A DNA stretch of 64,000 bases from Mytilus edulis (Eukaryota), in contig NC_092347.1 of assembly GCF_963676685.1 (NCBI RefSeq), positions 83,452,001 through 83,516,000 of the forward strand, written 5' to 3'. Made by a program: the position numbers and the translations under genes. Positions 1 to 13,714 of the stretch are shown in pieces; position 1 is the stretch's first letter; every line of letters begins with the position of its first letter. Under the pieces are notes generated by a model. It did no database searches. It saw only the letters and a program-made list of their open reading frames with translations, and was not told where the DNA came from.

Positions 1-1104
1 GTTCCTGTACTTTACCAAGATTTATTATACTCTGTGGGTTTGTAACAGAATGATCAACAGTCAACAAATGTCAGATTGCACAAATTGCTGTGATAGTATC
101 TTCTGCAGCGAAACAAAACATGCAACAGGGAAGAAAATCAGAAATTGGAAGAGTGACAAAGAAAAGAAATTTCAGGAATTTGCTTTAAACTTAATTAAAG
201 AAAGATTAGCTGGAGTGCAGTGATTGTTTGATGAAAGAAGAACAAGATAATAAGTGCTTCTAAACAACAATAACTATAAGATAAATGTAACAAACATCTA
301 TTGCATTACTTATAGAACAATTAAAACTTCAAATATGATTTCCCCATGAATTGCTCATATTGCAAAAACCAAAAGTCTGCAGTTCATGGTAAATGCATTA
401 AATTCTGTTAATAAAGGTTATGATACCGGAAATCTAAGAAAATTACTACTAAGTAATTGTAAGCATCAAATATATTCTTTGTTTTCCAGAATACCAGTAA
501 CATCCATGCATATGTAGTATTTTATTTCGATATGATATCGGTTTCGCCATGTCGTCCGTTCTCTGAACGTAAGTAGATAATTTTAACAAGCTTGAAAATC
601 CTGTGATCACCAATCAAAATGTAGTCTTGTCGAGTCAACAGAGCGAACGAGCTCAAAAAGTCTTAAAATTTTGTCGATCAGCTGATATATTATGTTATCA
701 ATATGATAAAAATCGGATAATTGTGTTTTTTTCGTGGTAGATATATTATACTCGTTGTTTGTTAATCAGCAAACCGGAAGAAGTCTTGATAAAAACGTGT
801 ATAAACTTTTAACGTTACTATCAGTCGGTGATAAGTCCGGGTCAACGATACTTATAAGCCGGGTCAAATATATTCGAACTCCAAAAGTTGTGATATACAA
901 TTTTATATAGAGCTGGACAGAGAGATACATACACTAGGAACCTGCTATTGCTTATGCTTACTTTTGAAGTATTAATCATTAAATTTGAGATAATAATTTA
1001 TATATGTAAATAAGTAGACCATACATGTCCCGCCATCTTTGTCTGAACCTTAAATTCTCCCCTTTTTTTAAAAAGTCACAGGAGAACTTAGTCAAAATAG
1101 TCAT

Positions 1105-1840
1105 AAAAATAAGGAGATGTTGTATGATTTCCAATCAGACAACCATAATCAAAGTTCAAATAAAGTGGATGTTAGCAATTGATGCCTTCAAAAAACCTAT
1201 GTAGTGTATATTATATAAAAAAAGAAGATGTGGTTTGATTGACAATGAGACACCTCTCCACAAGATACCAAATGACATAAAATTAACAGCTAAAGGTCAC
1301 CGTAAGGCCTTCAACAATGAGCAAAAGCCCATACCGCATAGTCAGCTATAAAAGGCCCAACAGTAACTTTAAAACAATTCAAAAGAGAAAACTCACGACC
1401 AAATAAAGGTACAAAAACATTGAACAAAAACAAATTTGTAACACATAAACAAACCACAACCACTGAATTGCGAATTCTAGACTTGGGACAGGCACATACA
1501 TACAGAACGTATAGTCGGCTAAAAAAGGCCCCGAAATGAGCAATGTGAAACAATTCAATTCAGAATTTTTTTTAACGAAAAACATATATAACAGACATAA
1601 ACCAACGACAACCACTGAACTACTTGGCCCTGGCATTTCAAGAATGAGGTACATAGATATAGGAAGATGTGGTATGAGTGCCAATGAGACAACTATCCAT
1701 CCAAGTCACAATTATAAAAGTAAACCAGTATAAGTATAGGTCAAGGTATGGTCTTCAACACAAAGCCCTGGCTCAAACCGAACAGCAAGCTATAAAGTGC
1801 CCCAACAAATAACTAGTATAAAACCATTCAAACAGTTCGT
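1105..1840 (-). mobile_element. Cluster of SINE-like dispersed repeat fragments (family 'gatgtggtatgattgccaatgagacaactctcc')
   Basis: The motif aagatgtggt.tga.tg.caatgagac recurs at ~1115, ~1225 and ~1663. The same family occurs at 9612-9768, 20030-20085, 21345-21465, 35821-36310 and 45505-45552. Confidence 0.7.
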
Positions 1841-4049
1841 TTCAATTGTTTCAAAGGTTTCTGAAAATTTTATGTTGACGGAAAACCAAGGGGTGATTGG
1901 TTTGCTCTAGCTAAAATTAAAGTTAATTATAGATAACATCATACAATATATAATTGCCGTTGGTTAACCCTTTTTAAACATAAAAACCTAAGAGCTGAAG
2001 CCGAAAATATTCACAAAAACACTACTTTTATCAAATAGACATGTTCATAAAAAAAAATCTAATAGTTTCATGCCATTTCTTATTTCATAATCTCAAGTTT
2101 AGTCATTATTAAACTATAAGGCGTCAAAGAAAAAATTAACTCAAATAAAATCAATCTTTTTTATAATTTTAAGATGCGCACTTAATGTCCTGAATGTGTT
2201 TATATCAGATTTTAATTCAAACAGCTGCAAAGAGGCTATTCTGCAATTTAGTGGTTAATTTACTTTTAATAAATCTTATAAAATCGTAATGAAGAAATTT
2301 CTGTGAAAATTTATCGACAGCACATTGATAGCAATAAAAAACCTGTCTCTCATCTTTGAAACATTAGTATAGATCATATATGAATACTTCACTGCAGGCT
2401 ACCACCCTTTGCTTCTTATCATAATCGAACATTGAATTGAATTGGCTTCGTATTTAACAGCAAAATCTAATGATAAATCAATAAATGCCATGACGTGTTA
2501 ATTAGTTCAAAATTAATTGGTTACAGGCGTACACAAAATGTTATTTAGAATATTGAAGCCAAAATAAACCAGCAAAATATGCATTATAATTATGGTAAAC
2601 TAAAAAACATATTACACAAATATATGAATATATTCTTAAAAGTGAACATTACAAAAGGTGCAATCAAACAAAAATAGAGTGAAAGAAAACGATTAAACGT
2701 AATAAGTCGAAGAGGGTAATTCGATCATTACAAAACGAAAAATACGAAACGGCAAACAACAATGTACAAAACAAAACACATAAGACAAAGGATACAAATA
2801 TTTGCGATGACTTCATTTGTTTATAACTTGGGTTACTGACTTTTCTGATTGCGGCGTGTCCTAAGATCATATTTTAGGATAAAACGTTAACATGCAAACC
2901 TCTCACGACGTAACGCTCGGTTTGTACAACGTTCTAATGTCTGGCACAATGCTAAATCAAATAAATAATAAACCTCGGCATAAAGGCTATTTTCACATTT
3001 AAAACAGTAGAGACAATGTAGTATGCAATTTAAGTAGAGGATGGCTGACAGTATATTATCAAAAAGTATCTTGACTTTTATTTGGTGGATGCAATAGACG
3101 CCCCTAAAAATATATTGACCTCGAACTTTGACCTTGGTAAATATGATATTTTTGCCTTAATAACTCCCTCATACTCACATTTCATTCAAATCGTCAATTT
3201 TAAATAATCACATCACGCAGATGCAATGTTTTATTACAATTCCATCATCTTTTTGATGGTCGGACAACCATATTGTACCGCTATTAGGGAGGCAGTCCCA
3301 TTGAAACGCAATAACAATGGCTACAGACGCTCTTTATGGCAGAATTCCAACAACGAGTTTGAATATTGAGAGAGAAAAAAGTTCATAACTTGAGACAAGT
3401 ACATGGAAATATGGCGCTTCACTTATTTTGTTCATAGATATCCAGTCCACTCGTCCCCTTTTTTTAATTCCATCCGCGCTTCTTACTATATGTGCTTTTG
3501 TCAAATGATATCAAACGAATTACAACAGTGGCATTCAATTACTTATTGAAATTTATGATTTGCAAGCACTAACAGGACCAATCTTGTCATCTTTCATAAA
3601 ACAACCATTTGATACTGCTTTCTAAGTACGATGGGGGATTGAGATATTTAATATTTAATATACGTTACCCGGATATGCATCTATATGCAAAGCGAGAAGA
3701 ATCAAATCTGTAATTTAAAAACACGTTAATTTATTTGTATTGTACCTGTTTTTTCGATTGAAATTGAATTCGGATTCGAAGGCTCGAAGCATATGTAATG
3801 TCACGTATGATAAATATATTCGTTATACAAAAAAATCGAGAAAAAAATACTTCAACCCTTTTTTACCTATAACAAATACGAAATCTTTTTAAAAATTGAG
3901 ATATAAAACATACTATACATGTACTTACTTTGATTTTGCCAAGAACAGAAGTTGTGGTTAATAGAACAGAGATCATCCAAACATTGCAAAAGCTTTAAAA
4001 TAATGTCACAGTTTCTAACTATATGTATAAAGAGTCATGCAAGTCATCA

Positions 4050-4721
4050 TTAAAGAAGATATTCCAACAATGTGGAATATTTACTCTCCTCTGCTCCTTG
4101 GAAATTTGCTGAAAGTGTAACTTTAGAGTTTTTTCCACGGTATTTATCTAAGTCAAATTTTGCCGTCCACATATCATGTCCTCGATCTTCAAAATGGTGC
4201 CACTCTCCTTCAGCTATAACGGCAACTGCTTTTGCATTCGGAACTTTGACCTGCCAGTTGATATTTGTCAGCTTACTGTTGGTGTGTAGGACTCTTGGCT
4301 CTTCAATAAAGCATCCATCTTTCCATTGGGCGTACTGCTTTGGAAACGGGTAGACAGGCTGGAGGGCTCTGGTACAATGAATCAAGTAGTTGTAGACGTT
4401 CGGAAGGGATTTGCTGGGATCGGCTGCTGGTAAACAGTACAGTTGAAGCTTGTAATAATCGGACTCCGGCATGTGGACAAGAAAATGCACAACACTTTCT
4501 CTCGTTTGCGCGAACACATACTTAGACAAGTCCTTGTCATTACGACAATTGATGAGTTGGGTTGTAAATTTGACGTGAGTTTTGGCTTTAATTTTAATTT
4601 CCAAGTGATTATCCCGAGCAGTAATTTCTGGTTCCGGGTGTGACAGTGTTTCAAGTCCAAGCTCGGCAAATCTATCCTGTGGACCAAGGTACCCTTCAGG
4701 TAATTCCGGCTTTTTATCCAT
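4050..4721 (-). CDS. Stand-alone kyphoscoliosis-peptidase/hillarin C-terminal (Ig-like) domain protein, 223 aa, paralogue 1
   Basis: Long intact ORF with the first ATG at 4721 (aacATGG) and an in-frame TAA 42 nt upstream. Motifs GYLGP, VFAQ, YKLQLY..P..D.SKSLPNVYNYLI, PFPK.YAQWK.GC and LLEY resemble KY/hillarin C-terminal repeats. Aligns end to end with 17250-17927. Confidence 0.85.
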   Translation of the reverse strand: MDKKPELPEGYLGPQDRFAELGLETLSHPEPEITARDNHLEIKIKAKTHVKFTTQLINCRNDKDLSKYVFAQTRESVVHFLVHMPESDYYKLQLYCLPAADPSKSLPNVYNYLIHCTRALQPVYPFPKQYAQWKDGCFIEEPRVLHTNSKLTNINWQVKVPNAKAVAVIAEGEWHHFEDRGHDMWTAKFDLDKYRGKNSKVTLSANFQGAEESKYSTLLEYLL

Positions 4722-4787
4722 GTTTGTATCAAGCAATTGAGCTGCAAGCCTTATCCACCCTTATGTTTCTCTGCCGAGTGAGAAATC

Positions 4788-4945
4788 AGCAATGCAGACC
4801 GATATAGATGTCGCCACAGTCAGAGAGTGGTAACCAATAGTTATTTGTGTTCGTTATGATTTTATCGTAAATTTCGGCTGGAATTTTCCTAGCAATGGAG
4901 AAGCTAAATTTAGATGATAGATAGAACTATGTCAGTAACAATCAC
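4788..4945 (-). promoter_or_regulatory. Conserved upstream block of paralogue 1 (candidate promoter/5' UTR)
   Basis: Colinear with 17990-18142: agtggtaaccaatag, tatcgt, ctagca, aagctaaa, agatgatagatagaa, gtcag.aacaatc. Includes a CCAAT box and GATA-like motifs. Confidence 0.6.
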
Positions 4946-6569
4946 CATCATCAAATCAAAATAATAGGAGGATGTTAACACGAATGTAGAAGATGGATTC
5001 TACTGATAGAACAACCCTCTTCAAAGAAAAGTTATAATTGTCGATGGTTTGTTTTCTTACTTCGTTTTAATTGCATTTTAGTGTAGGAGGATATGAACGT
5101 CTTGGTTAAGTTAATACGAAGAGAAAATATTTTAATTAGTTTAGTTGCATAAAACTGCAAATGAAATACCGTTGTTAAATCATTTACATTTAAAGTACTC
5201 TTTTTTTTTTGTCGAAAATATGTAAAAAAAGATTTCACCGGATGAATCATTTTGTTTCAGTAACAGAATATAAGAAGATCTTCACATGTATTATAGCTTA
5301 TAATGACTATGTTGTATTATCGTATACCCCCTCTTCGCCCATCATACTGGAGCGTTTTGCAAGATTATGTCGTTATAGAGCAAAGAGTCGTACGCAATAT
5401 ATTTAATATACTAGTATTAGTAGTTTTTATTTTCACCACTAATATTGTCACCAATTGTGTTGATATTTAAGTAATGGTTTTCTAATTTTACGAATTAGAA
5501 GACTGTCAAACTGTTCAGTGTTTTCGGTAAAAAGATAGAAAGTTAGTTTCTCCAGTGGTTAACGAGATAGCAGTCATGACAATTGATAGATGGACAGGCG
5601 AAAGAGCAGACACATTACATACAGTTAATTCCCATATAATATTCAGTATATGCGAATTAATTTGGTAAAAATAGCGGAAATGTATCATTGAAAACGGTTC
5701 GTACTCTTTTAAATGTATTTCTGATGAGTTCACATGTAAAGTATTTGATCGGTACAGTAACATTTCGCCATTATAGGCAGTTGTTCTTCCGGTAAATGAA
5801 TTGTATATGGAACCATACATGCATAATAAATATAATAAACAATTGCAAGAGTCTAACCTCACTGGAAATTAGAATTACTACAATCTGTACAAAAAAGTTT
5901 AATCCCCCCCCCCCCTGCAAACTGCTCATGCATCTATAAAACATTGCCTGAATCTTATTTGAAAAAAATCAGATCTACATCTGCCTAACTTGATTTTCAT
6001 TTAAAATAATAAATAAATGTGAAAAGATGAAAGATATATGTTTTGAATTCAGATATGCTTAAATAGTTAGATATAATTTCAGCATGCATTTAAAATTAAG
6101 CTTCCATCACGATGTATAACAACAAAAACATTATCATCGAAAGAAAATCCATTATTAAAGAATGTTCAAATTGCATTTTATGAATAAATTGCAAGTCTAT
6201 TAAATGTAGTTTTAAAATAGCAAACTCAAAAAACTTGGTATGTAAAAATGCTTAAAAAATCTTAGATTGTGATCATCATTTCACATGTACATGAAATAAC
6301 AAACAAACAAAAAAATGATTACAAATCTAAATACTCCTATTTACAGAGTAGGAGTTCTAGATTATCGCGTCACAATGTAGAATGTAATTGCAGGTGTTTT
6401 ATGAGCATGTCTACATTCTACCATCATAACTTACTATGACGTCATCAATCAAATATTATATGGTTTAGGACACAAAAAGAATGTGTGTACTTTGAATATG
6501 CCATACAGGTTTGCATGTACTGATAATAGAAAAATAGTTAGCTAAATTAAGCTGTAAAAGACAAAAAAT

Positions 6570-6735
6570 TTAAGAACTTTTGGTCCTAAATGCTCTTCAA
6601 CTTCGTACATTAGTTGGCCCTTTTAACTGTTTCGAGCGTCACTAATGAGTTTTTTGTAGACGAAACACACGACTGGTGCAAATAATAATAATAAAAAAAA
6701 TCATCTTAATTCTTGGTGTCTATGATGAGTTTATT
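6570..6735 (+). mobile_element. Retrozyme-family fragment with degenerate hammerhead
   Basis: gagcgtcactaatgagttttttgtagacgaaacacacgactggtg; the core CTGATGA is mutated to CTAATGA. Confidence 0.7.
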
Positions 6736-7202
6736 CATAAAATCTATGTTAATGCTAACTGTTTACACAAGCTCCGCGTGCTCCAAAAGAAACTTAGTGA
6801 TTGATTATGGCGTGACGTTCAGTGGCAAATATTGCATACACATTCAAATTAACAATTGATGCAATTGGTAGATTCAGCAAAGGTACAGTAAAGTGGGTAA
6901 AACGGGATGAAGGGCCTAAACTTCGACTGCCACTGAACAATGAGGATATGTGGATAGGGGCAGACGTTTTACCCTGCAACAGACCACCTATGGACCCCCA
7001 AACGTACTTAACAGAAAGGACAAGGTATGACAAGGGTTGTTTTCGCCCCCATTTTTCCAGAATTTTGAAACTTTCAAGTTTGAACCCATCCAGCCGTTGG
7101 AATGAACTGTAGTATATGCTCGTCCAGATAGCATCTTATTTTATTGTGCTATGTGCACAAATCTGTGCATATGTGCACAAATCTGTGCAAACTACGATCT
7201 TA

Positions 7203-7527
7203 ACAAGAATGTGTCCTCAGTACACGAATGCCCCACTCGCACTTTCATTTTCTATGTTCAGTGGACCATGACATTGGGATAAAAACTCTAATTTGGCATT
7301 AAAATTAGAAAGATCATATCATAGGGAACATGTGTACTAAGTTTGAAGTTGATTGGACTTCAACTTCATCAAAAACTACCTTGACCAAAAACTTTAACCT
7401 GGAGCGGGACAGACGGACGAACGGACGGACGAACGGACGGACGGACGGACGGACGAACAGACGGACGAACGGACGCACAGACCAGAAAACATAATGCCCC
7501 TCTACTATCGTAGGTGGGGCATAAAAA
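7203..7527 (-). mobile_element. Helentron-like (HINE/DINE-type) non-autonomous element with (GACG/GGAC)n microsatellite
   Basis: Terminal hairpin atgcccc-tctactatcgtagg-tggggcat next to an A/T run; internal (gacg)n at 7408-7475; the other end is acaag. A degraded relative lies at 42787-43098. Confidence 0.7.
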
Positions 7528-8094
7528 GGCAATGAACGACGAAAAGCGTAAACAGTCTAAAATTCAATCATGGTTGGAGACGAAATTTGACATCAGCACC
7601 AACGTAAACCATCCTGAAATTTTCAACCATCAACCCTACTCTTAGGTATCTTTCATTTGATAAAATATCATGGTGGTCAACGTTGGTGCTTTTGTCTTAA
7701 ATTTTAAAAAAAATGCAAAATTTTAGACCTCATATTGCAGAAATTACAAAATTTTGGACTGTTGCTAGGCAATATTTTTGTTGCAAAGTTGTTGCTAAGC
7801 ACTGATTAAACTGACATTGATTTGACTGTTCATTTGCAACTCCAAGTTATTGTTAAACAAACAATTCTATTTTGGGTATTGCTAGTTTGTAATGAGAAAG
7901 CAATGCGTAAGTGATGATTTTCCTATTTAATAAAACCGTTGCTAGGCAACCTTCCTTTCACCGGAACACAAAAAATCATTCCTTTGTCTAGTTTGGCTAT
8001 CAATGATAAAACATTAAAGGAAGGGGGCCAAACACGTCCCTTATCATACCTTGTCCTTTAGAAATTCGTGACTGTGTATTTCTACAAACTCCAA

Positions 8095-8395
8095 AACCAC
8101 ATCAGCAATGGTTTGCTGACATGAACTATCATTGATATGGTTATATTTATAAATTACCTGTTTACAAAATTTTTGAATTTTTGAAATACTAAGGCTTTTC
8201 TACCCCAGGCATTACCTTAGCTGTATTTGGCAAAACTTTTAGGAACTTTAGTCCTTAACGATCTTCAACTTCGTACTTTATTTGACCTTTTTAACTTTTT
8301 TGGATTCGAGCGTCACTGATGAGTCTTTTGTAGACGAAACGCGCGTCTGGCATATATACAAAATTTAGTCCTGGTATCTATGATGAGATTATTTA
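8095..8395 (+). mobile_element. Retrozyme-like repeat monomer (subfamily A)
   Basis: About 300 bp colinear with other copies, ending cctggtatctatgatgag; contains an intact hammerhead. Confidence 0.8.
8311..8352 (+). ncRNA. Minimal type I hammerhead ribozyme (intact core)
   Basis: cgtca-CTGATGA-gtct(tttgt)agac-GAAA-c(gcgc)g-TC-tggca. Stem I gtca/tggc, stem II gtct/agac, minimal stem III with palindromic GCGC loop. Predicted cleavage after C8347. Confidence 0.85.
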
Positions 8396-10929
8396 CTGAC
8401 ATGAGGCGAAAAGTCAAAGGGATGGTCATAATTCTATACCAGTCAATCCTTGAAGGCAGGAAATGGTTTCACGTTTAAAGTTTATAAAGACAAGAAAAAA
8501 CAATTATGAAACACCCTCGTTCTTATACATAAGAATTTTTTTTTTTTTATTATCGGCTACGACATTACAAAAATGTGAAAATTCTGCGAAAACCGCCTAT
8601 GTCGATCCTGCAATTCCTTCTGTTAGTTTAAATAGTATTGTTGACCACAAAAAATCTTGATCCATTTTATTAAATGATTTTTTTTTCTTTCTCTTGAAGA
8701 AGCTTCAGTCAATGTTTTCATAACATTCCTAAATAGTTAGACAAAGTGATTGATGCCTAATAAAAAATTTAATTCCTGAGTGTATGCAAATGTTTACTGC
8801 AAAACGTTCATCTATCAGTCATTTACTACAAAATGAAAAAAACAAACATATTTCACAGTTTTGCTTCAGACATTATCTCTAAATCAAGAAATAAGCTTCT
8901 GCCAAAGATTTATGAAGTACTACGGCGGTTTGACATATGTTTTGATGTCTATAAGATATTTAAAAGTTAAATCAATCTATTCTTATGATTGTGTTTTCGA
9001 TATATCCTACGCATCATGGATTTGACAAATTTGAAGAATGGTCATGGATAACACGTAAATTCATGGCTGTTGCTTTCTGTTGGTAATCAAAACATATTTT
9101 TTTAACATACATACAAAATCTGTTTTTTCAGGTGTTATTAGATATATTATAATTCAATAAGGAATGTTTAATGTTAGTTGAACCGATATAATGCGGAAAA
9201 CATATTGAGGTTTCTGTTGACAGTTTTCAATCAGTTTACGACCACTGAATGAGAGTGATAAGCAATGCATGAAAAAAACTCATCAAAGATACCAGACGTG
9301 TAAGCTCTGTGTTGACATGAATTATCATTGATATGGTCATAATTACAAATCAACTGTTTACGAAACTTTGAATTTTTGAAATACCAAATAAAAAATTCTA
9401 AAATGAGTTTATTTGGTACGCCATATATATACATGCTTTTCGCCTACATAAGATTTGCATGCAGTGGCGCTCGGATCAAAACAGTTGTAAGTCCAAACCA
9501 AACTAGCATGATTATTTAGACGGAGTCGAAATAACCATGTTAGTTGGGTCAAAGCATGATAACTTATACATTATATCGAATTTAACTAACTTATTATACA
9601 CATGGTTTTACACTAGTTATTCTGGGGTCCTTTATAGCTTGTTGTTCGGTGTGAGCCAAGGCTCCGTGTTGAATGCCGTACATTGACCTATAATGGTTTA
9701 CTTTTTTGAATTGGTATTTGGATGGAGAGTTGTTTCATTGGCACGCACACCACATCTTCCCATATCTATAATAAACAGTACAGCAGATGAACAGATCAAT
9801 AATATTTCATGTCGCAACACATGTGCTAAATAAGATGATTTACAATATAAGCCAAATTAACAGATAAAAACAATGTAAGGCAATATATAATGCATATTCA
9901 TGTTTTTAAGATCGATACTTTTTTTCATGGTAAAAGAAGGTAGTCGATGAACGTCCAGTGGCAAATATTGCATCTATTTTCTAGACAATATGGTAAAAGG
10001 AAGACAACTCTAATGTAAAACAAATATTTCAATCATCGGTTACTAACTCGTACTTATATGTTCGGATACGTAAATAAAGTAAAACTAAGTCGTTTATTAG
10101 AGAGAAACACACAAGACATAACAAAATATACAACGTACAGTGAACAAGTATTCTCTTTATAGAATAGCAAGTTTAGATTTTTTTTAGGAATTTAGATTTT
10201 TCTCTATTGCAGTATAGTTGTTCGAACTTATCGAAGTACCGCTGAACTAATCATGAATTCTTTTTAAAATGTTTTAAAAAACAGTTGCATTTAAGCTTTT
10301 GTTATAATTTTAGTTAACAAATTTTGTGACTGATTTTAATACTGTTTATTATCTATACACCCTCACTTTTTTTTTAAACGTTCTGTTAAGGAACATAAAA
10401 TAATGAAAAACGAATTTTTGGTATTATTTTTGAGTTTTTCTTTTTTTTTCCCAAACCAATAAAATCATTTTAAAATTCGAAATAAAAAAAAACAAAACAA
10501 AGAATAATATGACTTTGTCATAAGAGAGAGCAGAACGACAACGAAATACATATCGATTCTACAGATAGAAAACAAAGCAGGTACAGCTATGAAATTATTT
10601 GTAACACCATGAAAAAATAATAGACACAACGGTAGAATTAAATTTCAAGTAGAGGACATAAAACACCGTTGACAAAAAGAACCATTAGAACAATACATCC
10701 AAACTGAACTTAACAGATCTCGTTTGATTCAGCCACAGAGTTTAGATACTAAGATTGAAGCATGTGCTCCAGAAGTGTAAACAAAATACTGATGAACCAA
10801 GGATTTGTACAGTATATTATACAAATCCTTGGATGAACTAAATGTTATCGTATTGTTAAGTTGTAAACTAAGGCAATTGTAGTTTACTAAGGTTGAAATC
10901 TCATACATCAACCAAGAAAACACAGCAAA

Positions 10930-11480
10930 AAATTAAAATCACCAAAGTACTGAACTCCGAGGAAAATTCAAAACGGAAAGTCCCTAATCAAATGGAAAAA
11001 ATCAAATGATAAAACACATCAAACGAATGGACAACAACTCTTGGTACAGACATTTTCAAATGTAGAAAATGTTGGATTGAACCTGGTTTTAAATTCAACT
11101 GTGACTTGTTTATTGTTAAGAAGTAAACATGATAACATTTAGTTACAAACTTAGTTTTTGATGTAAATTTCTGTTATTTAGGTCTTACAAAAAAATCTAT
11201 AAAAATAAAATCACAAAAATACTAAACTCCGAGAAATATTCAAATGGCAAAATCAAAAGCTCAATCCCATCAAACGAATGGATAACAATTGTCATATTCC
11301 TGACTTGGTACAGACATTTTTTCTTATGTAAAAAATGGTGGATTAAACCTGGTTTTGAAGCGCTAGACCTCTTACTTGTATAACAGGCGGATCACGTTCC
11401 ATCACATTTACAACAACGGTTGAACAAAACAGACACAATAAGTAAAATTGGCAAGACATGGGTACAACAGTCATCATTGT
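10930..11480 (+). mobile_element. Two copies of a SINE-like dispersed family ('aaaatcacaaaaatactgaactccgaggaaaattc')
   Basis: The same family occurs at 24035-24325(-), 26650-27000(-), 37800-38175(-), 41905-42330(+), 46420-46670(-) and 48360-48535(+). Confidence 0.75.
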
Positions 11481-11591
11481 GTACAAAAGACATTTATCAA
11501 ATTCAACAACCACATTCATTGCTTCGCGTGTTTGACATCAGAAAATGTAAACGTCACACACTCAGGAAGAAATATAAAATAATATTGTCGT

Positions 11592-11740
11592 TCAAAGTAT
11601 TAAAAAAAAAAAATTCACATGGGGAATGGTGGTATACATGGTTAAAAAATCAAATGTTTTGTTAGAACTAATTTCAGAAAAAGACCGAGATTTAAAATTA
11701 TACAGAAATTCTTTAGAATTTTTAAGAATCCACATAAGCA
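11592..11740 (-). pseudogene. Penelope-like reverse transcriptase fragment
   Basis: Translation WILKNSKEFL...KTFDFLTMYTTIPH matches the PLE RT motif WILKNS/TFDFSTLYT.IPH, also seen at 27820-27921. Confidence 0.75.
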
Positions 11741-13369
11741 AGGTAACACATAAGAAACTATATGGCTTACACATATACAAATACTCAACTTAACTTTTCC
11801 ATGTACGGTCAGTGTCATCTCAAGATTTTGAAATTTGTATACTAATAGTTATGTAATTGAAAGACAGAAATTCCGAATGTTATATAGATGGTGTGTGGTC
11901 GTAATCCAAAATAGTCATCAGTTAAAAGATTACATACATCATATTCAGTTATCTTACAAATTGATAAATCAAAAGCCACTACAAAATCACGTAACTATAC
12001 CATTTTCCTACCAGCGTCTGTGTCGCTTACATATCTTAATTGCATATCACACTTTATGATTTATTATGCAAAATGTGCGTGGTCAAACGACTCACCAGTG
12101 CTGCTCATATATCAAATCAATTGGAATGTCAAATCCATAACGAAACTGAAGAGCATTGAAAACATATAAATCTGAAAAGTTGTGCCAAGTGTGGTTCATG
12201 CAACTTGAATCTAAGCCTGGGATTGAAAAAAAACAATAATAGCTCCTTGTTTGAATGGTTGAATATTTTGCGAACAGTACGTTTACGGAAATAAAGGTAT
12301 CATTGATAGTTCATGCTAGCTCAAGAACGATAACTGCTGGTGAAAAAAACCCAGTCGAAACCGTAGTTCATCAATATTTTTTTATATGAGCGTCACTGAT
12401 GAGTCTTATGTAGACGAAACGCGTACTAAATTATAATCCTGGTACCTTTGATAACTATCATCACATATTTAATCATAATCTAGTAAGCAGTATTGTCAAT
12501 TGAGTTTTACAATCAAAATTAGACGGACGATGCCAATGGGAAATCAAACTACTAAGTCGAAGTCAATTAAACAATACCCTAACAAGAAAGAAAACTAAAC
12601 CCTTTTACACTTTCTTTAGGAAATATTCCACTAATAGACTATAGCTATGATTTTTTAATCTAAACGGATTTATAACTGAATTCGAAGGTTATATTTTTTA
12701 CAAAAAACATGTGTCAATTTTTTATTAGTTGGTAATTGCATATATGTTAGAATTAAACATTTTCTCTTTTTACTTTGATGTCACGTAACAAAACATTATA
12801 ATACTGTTGCCTTTATTTATACAACTTTAATGAAAATAAAAGTATCTTGAAAATAAAAATAAAAAAGTCAATAAATCTCGTTTCATTCATTTTTGTTTGG
12901 TTCTTAATAATTTGTTTTGAAAAAACCCGATGTGGAATATAAACATGTTAACATATAGAAGTACAAGCATTCTCTTGCCAAATCAGCATCATCATGTAGC
13001 ATAAGATTTACAATTATTATTGCATCGAAGGATATGTAATTATGACCGACAGATATATTAACTATTAGTACTTGTGCTACAGTATATACGCCTGTTCTGT
13101 AGAGGAAATGTTATAAATTGTTAAGTCTTGATGAATTCACGTATGAAAGCGGTATCGAAAAGGATTGCATGTCTGAAGAAAGTGCATTGTAAGTGGGAGT
13201 TCCACATACCAAAAACATATATGCTTGTATATCAGGATGTTTTTCAAATGATGTCACTATCACGAGAAATAGTCAAACCGCCGACACAATTAACTGCAAA
13301 GATAAATTAATCTATATGACATTCCTGCAATAGAGAGTTAAAAGATACCATAAGGACATTCAAACTTAT

Positions 13370-13714
13370 AAGTCGAAAATAAACTGATAACGTCATGGCA
13401 AAACAAGTCGAAAATAAACTGATAACGTCATGGCAAAACAAGTCGAAAAAAAACAAGTCGAAAATAAACTGATAACGTCATGGCAAAACAAGTCGAAAAT
13501 AAACTGATAACGTCATGGCAAAACAAGTCGAAATTCAAAATAAACTGATAACGTCATGGCAAAACAAGTCGAAAATAAACTGATAACGTCATGGCAAAAC
13601 AAGTCGAAAATAAACTGATAACGTCATGGCAAAACAAGTCGAAAATAAACTGATAACGTCATGGCAAAACAAGTCGAAATTCAAAATAAACTGATAACGT
13701 CATGGCAAAACAAG
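13370..13714. repeat. 35-bp tandem repeat (aagtcgaaaataaactgataacgtcatggcaaaac), about 9 full copies plus 1 truncated
   Basis: Near-perfect head-to-tail units; two carry a 6-bp insertion. Confidence 0.95.

Noticed and set aside
4722-4736. TTG start extension given in the ORF track
   Set aside because: Eukaryotic context; the ATG at 4721 aligns with the paralogue's start.
4072-4747. Antisense and alternative-frame ORFs over the KY-like genes (also 17305-17692)
   Set aside because: Shadows of the real minus-strand CDS.
13370-13714. CRISPR-like array of 35-bp repeats
   Set aside because: Units are contiguous with no unique spacers, there are no cas genes, the DNA is eukaryotic, and the unit derives from a retroelement end.
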